DNA of 64,000 bases, taken from the IMG/VR virus record IMGVR_UViG_3300015608_000414, positions 1 through 64,000 of that record. One strand, 5' to 3'. Shown here one piece after another: positions 20,101-30,100 of this stretch. Made by a program: the position numbers and the translations under genes. Position 1 is the first letter of the stretch, and the number at the start of each line of letters is the position of its first letter. This stretch comes from an uncultured virus (IMG/VR IMGVR_UViG_3300015608_000414). Taxonomy: Duplodnaviria > Heunggongvirae > Uroviricota > Caudoviricetes. Under the pieces are notes generated by a model. The model made no database searches and was not told the origin of the DNA. It saw nothing but the letters and a program-made list of their open reading frames with translations.

Positions 20101-20715
20101 CCTTTAATTAATTCTACACCAAGTTCAGCTACGATTCAGGCTAGCAGATTAGTGACTAACTCTAAAGCTGCTAATAGAACTGCAGAAGTAACTGACGGTA
20201 AAAGACAGACTGCTTATTTCGTAGCTACAGGAGGTCCAGTTTTACGTTCATCAAAATGTGCCTTTGAACCAGATGACCAATGGACATTAGGTAAAGCAAG
20301 TGTAGGTTCATACTTATTCCTAGCACCTACTGACGAAACACAATTATCTGTTAATGGTGATGACGAATTATCAATTAAGAAAATAGAATTTGGTACAAAC
20401 AAATCTGTACAAATTCCAGTTGTATTCCAATATAGAATGACTGATTTCGGCGGTGTTGGTGATACAGGTATTGGGTTCGTTGGAGGCGATAGAACAGGTG
20501 CTACAAGAGATTTAACTTATGCTAAAAGAATGGGATTTGATATTAATATCGGAGAAAATGAAAAGTTTTCTTTTGATATTGAAGTATTTGCTAAATACCG
20601 TTCTAATAAGCTTAATCTTGAGAAAGTACCGTCTAGAGATGTTAGATTAGCACTTGACGACCTTAGCAAGAATGTTACTATTACTCCTAGTATAACAACA
20701 TCAAGCAATTTATAA
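17185..20715 (+). CDS. Large virion structural protein (coiled coil + FN3/Ig-like segment)
   Basis: 1176 aa; EIRIRSVSEAGYP..SEWS FN3-like ending; coiled-coil stretches. Confidence 0.5.
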   Translation: MPDNTKNSLTTALSQFIRLEKNAIDIFNRINEAVTSDKENVTIDFFDDTDQLKRIQVPSFGYLKNYLTKIENDVKNLAGLGDSDTIIKLSDGTHRRVITSRLKSPADDITSLDVPTTFEYKNNWFFEDFMNPLLYITLDVTNQIPSDTEKVIIKKYLLEIDTESKRQYFNENFKGKSDIDYIQFNTALIKESIQFVPDDDFRDIPPREVRYTGNFDIIKISDVSNTNLVDGSQIKSRRKIFKLNKLTYTDLQAGFPDTLSLKIGDNVVVNSNPKDTRYVVKQVDTTTNTVELELVEGYRGLSIGADVLSIYKDVENSIEIQIPINFDKYVVCFVKAVDPVSKIPAQNWSPGVGFYTNSLTLNANGSEPVSLDTYYRNEVTDFGLFILSMAKDKIAPSALAIEPNTPELDASTFKVVQVNNHITDNPAFKELKQLSDDRTRLSAQVKELDGAITNKQAAISTKQYSSTIEKDKDSSELNSLIEQRSSAAKLLASIVADINAKSKSESITDAKPKYRVRGFFPMPVPQKSKYTGDQEIIGFEKEYRYIGTNGGANKVDQFKYMDNGVERIGAQSNWIQDIFVARQRIFDETTGTYVWENQNVEDPEKNNINQLDIPITQGEGVEIRIRSVSEAGYPANPAKSEWSDIIRIDFPDDLVQADQISTILEENAKEQQRIKLEEDLASKGVISHVDDQFSANEKVFKHHAINIFSGFLSPEQTPIALFDKLTAMENKINELEAIVKKVKGTLSVKILDDAGNEYVVQRNNLVKLFAGYYADVVKNLDIKKGAIVAKTYFIILENIAATPLELYSRISGNRTLRAHESGYKFATPGTPAPAIASDSYYLNRGKYDYVPLIYTNPLNGGPSGPDYINNSPYQSSQLLGQFLYGRYTDVAGTESYYVDYDVDTPSNIIDLAATPIDDAEYSINGTPYTNIGSPVTDFIWSGSGVGNTTNFTDGTVVADYDNGVKILLHEQHPLINSTPSSATIQASRLVTNSKAANRTAEVTDGKRQTAYFVATGGPVLRSSKCAFEPDDQWTLGKASVGSYLFLAPTDETQLSVNGDDELSIKKIEFGTNKSVQIPVVFQYRMTDFGGVGDTGIGFVGGDRTGATRDLTYAKRMGFDINIGENEKFSFDIEVFAKYRSNKLNLEKVPSRDVRLALDDLSKNVTITPSITTSSNL

Positions 20716-20748
20716 TTGCTAGATAAATACTATAAGTAATTCACAGAA

Positions 20749-23700
20749 ATGTCAACAAAGTTATTAGAAAACACATCATTTAATATCCTAAGGGTTAATC
20801 CTAAATTAAGTACAAATACTAAAATAGTAGTTGACTCAAAAGGAGGGTTATTCTTAGAATCATTCGATGCCGATGAAGAATTATCTAAATCTAGATATAA
20901 AGCTTTCAGGGTTTCTTCTAAAACTACATACGACCATGATTTAGCTAGATTCTATAAGAATACACCTAATGATATTATATTTAAAGTTCAAAGAGACTCA
21001 TCTGACTTAAGTGTATTAGATGATTTCTCAAAACAATATGAATTTAATTATACACTAGGTGCAGAAGCTGTTAATTCAATTTCGTATGACGAAGAATTTG
21101 GTATATTAGCTCCAATTTGGTTAGAAAAAAATATACCAGATTATTTTGTAATATTTAGAATAGATGAACCAGTTTCTGTAAATAATCTAAATGCTTCAAG
21201 TGAAAATACAAATGAAAGTTTAGTAGAAGACCCTACTAATTTTATTGAGAATATTCTTAAAAAAGCCACGTTAATTAAAACAATTGACTTGACTTTAAAT
21301 TCAGAGATTGGTAAGTATATTAGAAATTATAGAAATTCAGAAAGATTTCCAGATGCCCCATTATTATTTAATTTTGAAAGAAATGAGAAGACTGAATGGA
21401 GAGGGATAGATTTAAAGAGCGGTGGATTTAGTAGTAAGCCTGAATATATTTATGATACATTCTTTGGTAAAGATACTACTATTTTAGAAGATGAATTTTT
21501 CATAACACAAGGATTTGAAAGAAATTCATTAGCTTGTGCTAATATAATGAATTTGTATTTCTTATTTGATGATAAAGATGTTAAAGATTTTACTATTAAT
21601 AGATATTTCGGTTTATATGTAAATACTTTAGAAGAAGGTACATTCCAGATTTCTGGTAAAGAAATGTACATGGATTCATTTTATGAAAATCAATATCCAA
21701 AACCATCAAATGAAAATTTCTTAGTTAAAGATAATACTAAAGATATTGTCCAAACCAATGAAGATGGTATCTTAATGTATATTGATAAAACTTCAGTTGA
21801 AACGCAATATACTTATAATATTGATATTGATAATAATTTTACATTAGATTTACTTAATTATAGTTTCTTACCTAAAGATACAGATGTTTATAACCTTGCT
21901 TCAATATTTTATGTAAAAGATAAAAATGATAATTTACATAATCTTAAGATAGGTGGGACCTGGGAACATGGTAATCAACTTAGATTAAAATCTACTCAAA
22001 TTAAATGGAAAGATTTTACAGGTACAGATGAACCTATTTTAACAACACATTCTAGAATAACCGATAAGAAAGGTAAAGCATGTACATTCTTAAGAGTAAA
22101 TGCTATAGTACCACACGGTGATAAGTATTTTACTGGTTTAGTTAAAAAACAAATCTATAGTATTACTTCTACTAAAGTAGTACCAGGCGATATATTTACA
22201 ATTACTGATAATACTTCTACTAGTATTTCTATAAATGCAGTTAATAATAATATCAATGATTTATTAGAGTCTATTAAATTAGTATGGAAAAATGAAACAT
22301 TAGGTAATTTTAAAAACTTTACAGTTTCAGTTAAGAATGGTGTTTTAATAGCATCTGAAAAAGATTATAGTGGCATAGATGTTAATTTTACAATTAGCAT
22401 ATCAGGACCTGTTTCTAATTTAATTATTAATAAAGACGTTAGTAGTGACTTAGAACCTTTAACTATTACAGCAGATGGTGTTAGTAATATTGAAGTTGGT
22501 ACAGCAGATGGTAGAAGATTTAATCCTAACGGTACGTTAAAAGAAATTGCTAAAGCTATGGCTTCAGCATTTAATAATATTAAAGATAGTTTCTTTGAAG
22601 CAACAGCTGTTGATAATTTAATTGTATTGGCTGCAAAAAATGTAGGCAGTAGATTCAATGACTTAGTAATAGGTAGAGATTTATTTTTTACAGGCGGTCA
22701 TGTTGAAATATTATCGAATGAACCTGGATTTTTACATACTGACTTTTCAACCTGGTATTATGAAGGTGGTAATAATGAACCTCGTAGTAGAGTATTTGTA
22801 GATATTAATACATTTAATGATTTTAATGTTGCTAATAGATTTGTTAAATCACTAGACAAGACAGGTAAAGAAAATGGTTTAGCACCAGTAAAGAAAGTTT
22901 CATATTATATTGATGAACCTATAAAGGATGTTAATGGTAAAATAATAGGTTATAATAACATAGATAAGTATTGTACTATTATTATAGACGATGAAGAAAT
23001 TATATTTAGTGATTCTATTAAACACGTTTATTTATATGAATTATATAAAATACCATTTGGTAGATTATCAATTTTCCCTATTAAAGATATGGATATTGAC
23101 TTTTATAGTCCTGAATATGGGGATGAACGTGAATTAAATATTGAATCAAAATTTTATAAAACATTTAATATATCAAATACTTATACACAAAGTGAAATTG
23201 AAGATTTCTATGAAACAAAGGAATTCTCAACATTACAGGGTCAATTAGCAGATGAAGTTGTAGATAATGTTATAGAATCACCTAAGATAGAAATTGAATA
23301 CGATAGACTTAAAGAAAATTATATACAAGAGTTAGTTACTCCTTCTAGAATAACCCCATATATTAATAAATGGGTATATAGAAATGGTAAAGATACAAGA
23401 GACCATGATTATAGATTATCATCATCTCTTGCATTTGGTTCTACAAATTTTTCACCTTCAGAAGATGAGTTTACTAGAGACCCTGACTACTTTACACATG
23501 AATGGTATTATCTTCAAAAATTACCATATTATTTTGGTAATTACGATAAATCTGAATTGAAAAATGTATTCAGTTATTTCCCAGATGCTATTGATGTAAC
23601 GTCATCAGGTTTATATGATGTGAATAATGATTACTTTACAGAGTACTTTACAGTTGATTTACTTAAGTACCCTATATTAGATACTAACTATGAGCATTTA

Positions 23701-25740
23701 TTAAATGAAGAATTAGTTGCAGTTAAAAAGCAATTAAGATATTCAGTATTTGAAGGTGGAAGTAATGTTAATTTCTCTACAGCATTTTTTAGAGGTGTTA
23801 AAGTTATAGCTAAAGAAAGAGTTGAATCTAATACTATCATTGATTATAATTTACAAAATATTAAATTAAAACAAAGTAATAGATTTAATGATTATAAATT
23901 CTCAGCTGTATTAATACCTCATAATGGTACTTATCCAAATGATATTAAAAGAAAATCAGTAGAGATTGAATTTATAGAAAATAGAAAGTTTAAAAACATA
24001 ACTTTAGTAATATATGTAAGAATTGATGATTTATTAAATCAAGTAACTACTGAAATATCAAACGTTCCTATAGATATACCTTCAGCGTTTATTGATAGAA
24101 CAATATTATATGCATTAGATAGTAAATTTAAAGAAATTAAAGTTTCTAATTTACCTACAGGGTCGACTAACATAGATTATGAGGATGTAATTCTTACAGG
24201 TGCAATTGATATGAGAATATCTGCAGGTACTATATTTGGTACACCAGGTACTATTAAGGGTGGTATTAATGCTGCAGGTGAAAGAACTAATTTTATTGAT
24301 GAAATTACTTTAAATAAAGATGGTTCATATAATCAAGTTATTGCTTATTCAGGTTTATCACCTAGATATTTCCAAGTTACTAAAGTATTAAATGATGATA
24401 CATTCCTTGCAAGTCCTATTATAGGCGGTCCACAGCCAATTGCATTAAGTGATTTACAAGTTCAAATTGGTACATATATCTACCAAGGTGGTGGTTATAA
24501 ATATTGGGACCAACGTTTAACTAAGGTTTCATATGCTGCTATTGCTAATTTAATTAATAATGGTAGCCCTGATATTTCATATCATACAGTCCTTGAAGAT
24601 GGTAGTATAGTTGATAATTTATTCTTAATTGAATTACAGACATCTAAGGCTGTAATTAAACCTAGTTATATCAAAGTTATATCAGATAATAATAAGCCTG
24701 TTAATTTTAACTTAACAGATACTATCGGTTATAAAATGTCTTATAAAGATAGAGCTAATGTTCAACCTATATACAGACATAGTGGTAAATATCAACCTAA
24801 GTTTATAGATGTAATTAATTTCGAGGACCCTTATATTACAAACTCTTATGAAAATCAACTTGACAGAGAAAGTCAAATAATGAAATTTATAAGAGATAAA
24901 AATACACAGTTTAAAATAGAAGCTGATTTCGGTTTACTTAAAAATATGTTTTATCATAAAATAAGTGATAAGAATAAGAAGGGTGTATTAGAATTAACTA
25001 AAATTGATGCGTTTAAACCATTATATCCATTAATCGGTGAAATTGCAATTGATAAAAAAGATTTCTATATTTTTACATCTAATTGGGATGCAGGTTATTT
25101 TGATAGATATGTAGGTAAAACGAATAAAGTTTCTATAATTGGAACAAGAAGCGTAGTTGATAAAAAATCATTCTTCGGTTCTAAAATTATGAAAATTGTA
25201 GATGAATTACAAATTGAAACATTTAATTCTATTAGAGCTAATACTGAATTGGAATTAGAAACAATAGGTGCTGAAGTTTTAAAACCAGATAATCCATATT
25301 CTCTGGTATATTTAGAAACCCGCGACCAGATAATACTTGATATTTATTTAGAAAAAAGATTAATTGAAATATTATCTAATAGTGGAATTGCATCTTATTT
25401 TGCAAAATATATTAAACCAGAATATGGTTTCGGTTTACAGGATTCATTAATAGATGATATAGAAGGTTATATAATTAACAATATATTACCTAGATACAAG
25501 ATAGGTTTAATAGAACTATATGTAAATAAATCAAGAGATAATAAATTAAATAATACAATTCCGTTAATAAATAGTAATGTATCAGATGTTACTAAAAACA
25601 TCAACGGAATGGGCCAGGTTAAAGATTTTAATTTTAATGCACTTACAGGTAGAAGCAACTTTAATATAAGAATAACTTATAATAAAACTAAAGGCTATTA
25701 TTATTCTATAGCACCTAGCATTAAGATTATTAAAAAATAA
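20749..25740 (+). CDS. Very large virion structural protein (unknown)
   Basis: 1663-aa beta-rich ORF; GATAAATA box at 20722. Confidence 0.5.
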   Translation: MSTKLLENTSFNILRVNPKLSTNTKIVVDSKGGLFLESFDADEELSKSRYKAFRVSSKTTYDHDLARFYKNTPNDIIFKVQRDSSDLSVLDDFSKQYEFNYTLGAEAVNSISYDEEFGILAPIWLEKNIPDYFVIFRIDEPVSVNNLNASSENTNESLVEDPTNFIENILKKATLIKTIDLTLNSEIGKYIRNYRNSERFPDAPLLFNFERNEKTEWRGIDLKSGGFSSKPEYIYDTFFGKDTTILEDEFFITQGFERNSLACANIMNLYFLFDDKDVKDFTINRYFGLYVNTLEEGTFQISGKEMYMDSFYENQYPKPSNENFLVKDNTKDIVQTNEDGILMYIDKTSVETQYTYNIDIDNNFTLDLLNYSFLPKDTDVYNLASIFYVKDKNDNLHNLKIGGTWEHGNQLRLKSTQIKWKDFTGTDEPILTTHSRITDKKGKACTFLRVNAIVPHGDKYFTGLVKKQIYSITSTKVVPGDIFTITDNTSTSISINAVNNNINDLLESIKLVWKNETLGNFKNFTVSVKNGVLIASEKDYSGIDVNFTISISGPVSNLIINKDVSSDLEPLTITADGVSNIEVGTADGRRFNPNGTLKEIAKAMASAFNNIKDSFFEATAVDNLIVLAAKNVGSRFNDLVIGRDLFFTGGHVEILSNEPGFLHTDFSTWYYEGGNNEPRSRVFVDINTFNDFNVANRFVKSLDKTGKENGLAPVKKVSYYIDEPIKDVNGKIIGYNNIDKYCTIIIDDEEIIFSDSIKHVYLYELYKIPFGRLSIFPIKDMDIDFYSPEYGDERELNIESKFYKTFNISNTYTQSEIEDFYETKEFSTLQGQLADEVVDNVIESPKIEIEYDRLKENYIQELVTPSRITPYINKWVYRNGKDTRDHDYRLSSSLAFGSTNFSPSEDEFTRDPDYFTHEWYYLQKLPYYFGNYDKSELKNVFSYFPDAIDVTSSGLYDVNNDYFTEYFTVDLLKYPILDTNYEHLLNEELVAVKKQLRYSVFEGGSNVNFSTAFFRGVKVIAKERVESNTIIDYNLQNIKLKQSNRFNDYKFSAVLIPHNGTYPNDIKRKSVEIEFIENRKFKNITLVIYVRIDDLLNQVTTEISNVPIDIPSAFIDRTILYALDSKFKEIKVSNLPTGSTNIDYEDVILTGAIDMRISAGTIFGTPGTIKGGINAAGERTNFIDEITLNKDGSYNQVIAYSGLSPRYFQVTKVLNDDTFLASPIIGGPQPIALSDLQVQIGTYIYQGGGYKYWDQRLTKVSYAAIANLINNGSPDISYHTVLEDGSIVDNLFLIELQTSKAVIKPSYIKVISDNNKPVNFNLTDTIGYKMSYKDRANVQPIYRHSGKYQPKFIDVINFEDPYITNSYENQLDRESQIMKFIRDKNTQFKIEADFGLLKNMFYHKISDKNKKGVLELTKIDAFKPLYPLIGEIAIDKKDFYIFTSNWDAGYFDRYVGKTNKVSIIGTRSVVDKKSFFGSKIMKIVDELQIETFNSIRANTELELETIGAEVLKPDNPYSLVYLETRDQIILDIYLEKRLIEILSNSGIASYFAKYIKPEYGFGLQDSLIDDIEGYIINNILPRYKIGLIELYVNKSRDNKLNNTIPLINSNVSDVTKNINGMGQVKDFNFNALTGRSNFNIRITYNKTKGYYYSIAPSIKIIKK

Positions 25741-25775
25741 CTTTAATATTAAGTTAATTACGAGATATATAATAT

Positions 25776-26471
25776 GTGAAAGATTCATACGTTTATATTT
25801 ATTTAAACCCAATTAAAGGGGGTAATTATATTTACGGTTCATATTCTTTTGAATATGAACCTTTTTATGTTGGTAAAGGTAAAAAAGATAGATTATTATA
25901 TCATTTACATGAAACTAAAGAAAATACGATAAATATACTAAAATATAATATTATTAATAAAATTAGATTAAATAATTTAGAGCCAATAATTATTAAATTA
26001 CATGATAATTTAAACTCAAAGAAAGCATTTAATTTAGAGAAAAAAATTATTAGATTAATAGGTAGAATTGATAAAAATACAGGACCTTTAAGTAATTTAA
26101 CAGATGGTGGTAGAGGTAGAAATAATTATAAAATAAGTGAATCTACTAGAATAAAAATGAAAAATTCACATATCGGTCTCAAGTTATCTGAAGATGGTAG
26201 AATAAAATTATCAAATTCTATAAAGGGTTCTAAAAATCATAGATATGGTAAGCCTGGTACTAGATTAGGTGTTAAATTATCGGATGATATTAAAGTAAAA
26301 ATGAGTAATATAAAAAAGAAGCCTGTTTTACAATATGACTTAAATCATAATTTAATTAAAAGATGGGATTCAGTAAAAGAAGCTAAAGAAAATTTAGGTT
26401 TTTATAATATAGCAAATTGCTGTAGAGGTTTATCTAAAACAGCATATGGCTATATTTGGAAATATGAATAA
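25776..26471 (+). CDS. GIY-YIG homing endonuclease with NUMOD3/NUMOD1
   Basis: YVYIYLNP..EPFYVGKGK..RL; LSNLTDGG; KTAYGYIWKY; paralogue of 34280. Confidence 0.85.
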   Translation: MKDSYVYIYLNPIKGGNYIYGSYSFEYEPFYVGKGKKDRLLYHLHETKENTINILKYNIINKIRLNNLEPIIIKLHDNLNSKKAFNLEKKIIRLIGRIDKNTGPLSNLTDGGRGRNNYKISESTRIKMKNSHIGLKLSEDGRIKLSNSIKGSKNHRYGKPGTRLGVKLSDDIKVKMSNIKKKPVLQYDLNHNLIKRWDSVKEAKENLGFYNIANCCRGLSKTAYGYIWKYE

Positions 26472-26505
26472 TCGTTCGCCGAGCATTAAAATTATTAAAA
26501 AATAA

Positions 26506-28722
26506 ATGGCTAATATCGTCATAAAAGAACTGCTATCGTCAGACAAAGTTAGTGAGTTAGTAGATAAAATTAATTTTAACTTTGACCAGCTTCTATTAAA
26601 CGGAGGTGGTCCTATAGGACTTACTGGTGGACCAGGAGGTATTGGACCAATTGGTCCAAGAGGTTCTGTTTGGTTTACAGTTAATGATTTATACACTACA
26701 AGTGATTCTCCTACATGGACGGGAACTCCAGTTAAAATAAATAATATTTTATTACCTGGATATCCTCAATATAAGGGTGACCCTAATAGATTTAGACCAG
26801 TAGCACCTACAAGTGTTCCACCGTCTTTACCTTGGACATTTCCTCAAAATACTTTCACATTTAGTATTCCTACTAAAACAGTAAGAGGTGGTGATTTATA
26901 TTTACAAGAATCTGATGATAATTTTAATTCATATTCTAGTAAAGATGGTGATATTTGGGAATATAACGCTTTAACATTAACTTGGAGTTTTACAGGTGTT
27001 AATATTAAAGGTACAACAGGTGCAGGCGGTGTAAATACATTAAGTGATTGGGTTAGAGAATCATTTGGTTCTAGTGAAATAATTTATCCTAAAAGTGTTT
27101 CAGGTCAAGATATTACTAGAGTTTTAATAGGACAAGATTCTAATATATTTAATTTAGATAATTCTATTGCAGCTTTAACTATCAGTACTGATGCAACTCA
27201 TTTAGCATTTAATCATCCTGATTTACATAATAAGTTAGTTGTACCAGGTGATGAAGATAAAGGTGCTACAATTTCAATTACAGTAGATGGTGATTTACTT
27301 ATAATCGGGTCTTCAGCAACTGGGGCATCTAATCAAATAGTAATGCAAACATTAGATAAAGATATTACAATTCAATCTAATGGTATAAACTTTTTAACAT
27401 ATAGACAAACACCTAGTACTTCAATACATCATTTAGATGGCGGTGCAATAGAAGTTTCACATCCAGCAAGTTCAGGTTTACAATATAGTAAATATATAGC
27501 ACCTACTAGTGGTACAACTAGTCATATATTAAATCAGTCATTTGATTATTCAAATAGTAGAATACATATTTATTCAGCTGCTGATGGTTATGGTAATAAT
27601 AATTTAACAGCAGCACCTCAAATTATATTACAAGGACAAGGTATTAGTAACGTAGGTATTGGTGTATTCTCTGCAGGTCAAAACCCATTAGCTAAATTAG
27701 GTATTAAAGGTAATTTATCAGTCGGTGCTAATTATGGTCATCAGCCTGCACCTAGTAGTGGTGCTATAATTGAAGGTAATGTTGGTATAGGAACTATTAA
27801 CCCATATGCTAAATTACAAGTTAATGGTAGTATATTAATAGGAGCTTCAAATAATATTATAGGTGATAACGTTTACTGGAGTGGTACTGGATTTGCACCT
27901 ATTTATAATGGTGCAGGATGGTTCTTTAAGCAATCTCCTACTACAGTTGATGCCAATGCAGAACTTAGTTTATACTTAAAGAGAGTCGGTACAGTAGGTA
28001 GTGACTTTACACAATCATCTGTTATTTCATGGAAATTACAATCTGGTGCAAATCATGGTAAAATGGGTATTAATATGGGTTCTTGGGGAGTTAACTCAAG
28101 ATTAACTATTAATGATAACGATGGTAGTGGTATACAATTATTTAGATTTCAAACAACTTTACCTGGAAGTTCAGATTTTTATGGTTCCAACTCAGGTGCA
28201 AAATTATATCATTCAATATCAACAGATTCTTTAATTGATAGAAGATTTAATATTTTTCAATTAGAGAATAATGATTTTGTAATAGGTAATAAAACAAATA
28301 CATATCCTACTAATGCAACGCATCATAGAATTGTAATTAAAAAAGATAGTGGATTTATAGGTTTTAATACATTAAGACCTAAACATGTAATCACAGTTAA
28401 AGGTAGAGATTATATTACAGAACCTGATTTAAATGGTGCAACACCTGTTGGTGGATTTGACCCAGATGAAGTTAATATAGGTACATTTGAAGATATTGCT
28501 ATTAATAGTTTAAATATTAATACAGCACCTTCACATAATGAAACTAATATACAAGGAGCTTCTTATATTGGATTCAATGCTTGGTTCTCAAATCCAGGTA
28601 CTTCAGGTAGTAATCCTGAAGTTATATACGGCGATTTAGAAGGAAGTGTAGGTTCTTACGCAGGAGCTATTATATTTGCTGATAGAAATGGTAACTTGCA
28701 TTTTGCAAATTATGAACAATAA
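26506..28722 (+). CDS. Tail fibre protein (proximal part)
   Basis: DKINFNF anchor motif, short collagen-like GPIGLTGGPGGIGPIGPRG, GNVGIG shaft repeats. Confidence 0.75.
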   Translation: MANIVIKELLSSDKVSELVDKINFNFDQLLLNGGGPIGLTGGPGGIGPIGPRGSVWFTVNDLYTTSDSPTWTGTPVKINNILLPGYPQYKGDPNRFRPVAPTSVPPSLPWTFPQNTFTFSIPTKTVRGGDLYLQESDDNFNSYSSKDGDIWEYNALTLTWSFTGVNIKGTTGAGGVNTLSDWVRESFGSSEIIYPKSVSGQDITRVLIGQDSNIFNLDNSIAALTISTDATHLAFNHPDLHNKLVVPGDEDKGATISITVDGDLLIIGSSATGASNQIVMQTLDKDITIQSNGINFLTYRQTPSTSIHHLDGGAIEVSHPASSGLQYSKYIAPTSGTTSHILNQSFDYSNSRIHIYSAADGYGNNNLTAAPQIILQGQGISNVGIGVFSAGQNPLAKLGIKGNLSVGANYGHQPAPSSGAIIEGNVGIGTINPYAKLQVNGSILIGASNNIIGDNVYWSGTGFAPIYNGAGWFFKQSPTTVDANAELSLYLKRVGTVGSDFTQSSVISWKLQSGANHGKMGINMGSWGVNSRLTINDNDGSGIQLFRFQTTLPGSSDFYGSNSGAKLYHSISTDSLIDRRFNIFQLENNDFVIGNKTNTYPTNATHHRIVIKKDSGFIGFNTLRPKHVITVKGRDYITEPDLNGATPVGGFDPDEVNIGTFEDIAINSLNINTAPSHNETNIQGASYIGFNAWFSNPGTSGSNPEVIYGDLEGSVGSYAGAIIFADRNGNLHFANYEQ

Positions 28723-28734
28723 AAATTATTAAAA

Positions 28735-29850
28735 ATGGCTAATAATAAATCATTATTAAATAGTAGTTTTAAAGATACAATCAAGATGACATTAACAACT
28801 GATGGTAATCTTGGTGTGGGTTTAATTAATCCTAATTATAAAATTACAGCAACAGGCGTAATACAATCAAAAAGTATTTTAGGTTATGTTGTAAATGACT
28901 TCCCATGGAAAGTTGGTTTAGATACATGGAAAGATGATGTACATTTATCATTAGGTGTATCAAATGATGGATTAAATACTGGTGTTATACAAGTAACAGG
29001 TAGTGATTTATCATTTAATGGTACTTCTTTTGCAGATGCTCCATATAACTTGAATCTTCAACCAGGCGGCGGTAATGTAGGTATCGGTATACAGGGTAAT
29101 CCAGGCTATCCATTACATGTACAGGGTGAAATTAAAACTAATACAATAGTAAGAGCTGATGTTGATTTTACAACAGGTACTGATACTCCTGGTTGGAAAT
29201 TTTATCCATCAAATTGGTCACAAGGTGTTGTTGCAAATCAAATACCACATAATAATGCTAATGTTGCAACAGCTTCTATAACTTCAATCGCTGCAAACTA
29301 TGGGCATGCTGATATACCTGCAGTACCGGGTGATAAATTAATGAAATATAAAATTATTGGAAGAACAGTACATTTATATGTAATATATAGAGATGTTTAT
29401 ATGTATAGTAGTGAACCTGAAGGATTTAGAATAATATTACCTTCATTTTTAAGACCATTAACAGGCGATGGTGTCACACCATTAGGTTCTCCTGCTTTAA
29501 CGGTTGCATTTAAGCAACAATTCGGAACAGGTATATGGAGTTCAGGTAGCCCAAATTATGATAAAGTACTAAGATGTGATTTACATAAAGCAGTTGCTCC
29601 AAGCTCAGCAGGTAATCTAGCAGACCCTATATTAGGTAATTGGCATTTATTTATAAGAAATGCATATAGAGGAAGTGATGCATTTGCATATTTAAATACA
29701 GGTGACCCTTTATATCAATTACCCCCGTCTTCATATCTTGGTTTAGGACAATGGATGACTAAATTATCTAAATATTTTTATGGTTCTAGTAGAACAGGAG
29801 GTGCTGATATGGGTACAATTAGTTTATATATTACATACGATTTAGATTAA
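28735..29850 (+). CDS. Tail fibre distal part / receptor-binding protein
   Basis: GNLGVG, LNLQPGGGNVGIG repeats; C-terminal YKIIGRTVHL tip-like domain. Confidence 0.7.
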   Translation: MANNKSLLNSSFKDTIKMTLTTDGNLGVGLINPNYKITATGVIQSKSILGYVVNDFPWKVGLDTWKDDVHLSLGVSNDGLNTGVIQVTGSDLSFNGTSFADAPYNLNLQPGGGNVGIGIQGNPGYPLHVQGEIKTNTIVRADVDFTTGTDTPGWKFYPSNWSQGVVANQIPHNNANVATASITSIAANYGHADIPAVPGDKLMKYKIIGRTVHLYVIYRDVYMYSSEPEGFRIILPSFLRPLTGDGVTPLGSPALTVAFKQQFGTGIWSSGSPNYDKVLRCDLHKAVAPSSAGNLADPILGNWHLFIRNAYRGSDAFAYLNTGDPLYQLPPSSYLGLGQWMTKLSKYFYGSSRTGGADMGTISLYITYDLD

Positions 29851-29856
29851 TATATT

Positions 29857-30099
29857 ATGAAATTAGAAGAAAATGAAATAAAGCAATTTTTTGATATAGT
29901 AAATGATTATCAAAAAGTTTGGGAAGAAATAGCAGATGCTGAAGAGCAAATTAAAATATTATTATCTAAACAAAAACAATTAAAAGAAGATTTAGAAGAT
30001 AATAGAAAAAAAGAAAAAACGTTTACAGAATCTATACTTAGAAAATACGGGAAAGGTAAATTCAATCTGGAAACACTTGAATATGAATTAATATTATAA
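29857..30099 (+). CDS. Small coiled-coil protein (possible fibre assembly chaperone)
   Basis: 80 aa, heptad-rich, KYGKGKFNLET C-terminus; follows the fibre genes. Confidence 0.45.
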   Translation: MKLEENEIKQFFDIVNDYQKVWEEIADAEEQIKILLSKQKQLKEDLEDNRKKEKTFTESILRKYGKGKFNLETLEYELIL

Positions 30100-30100
30100 T

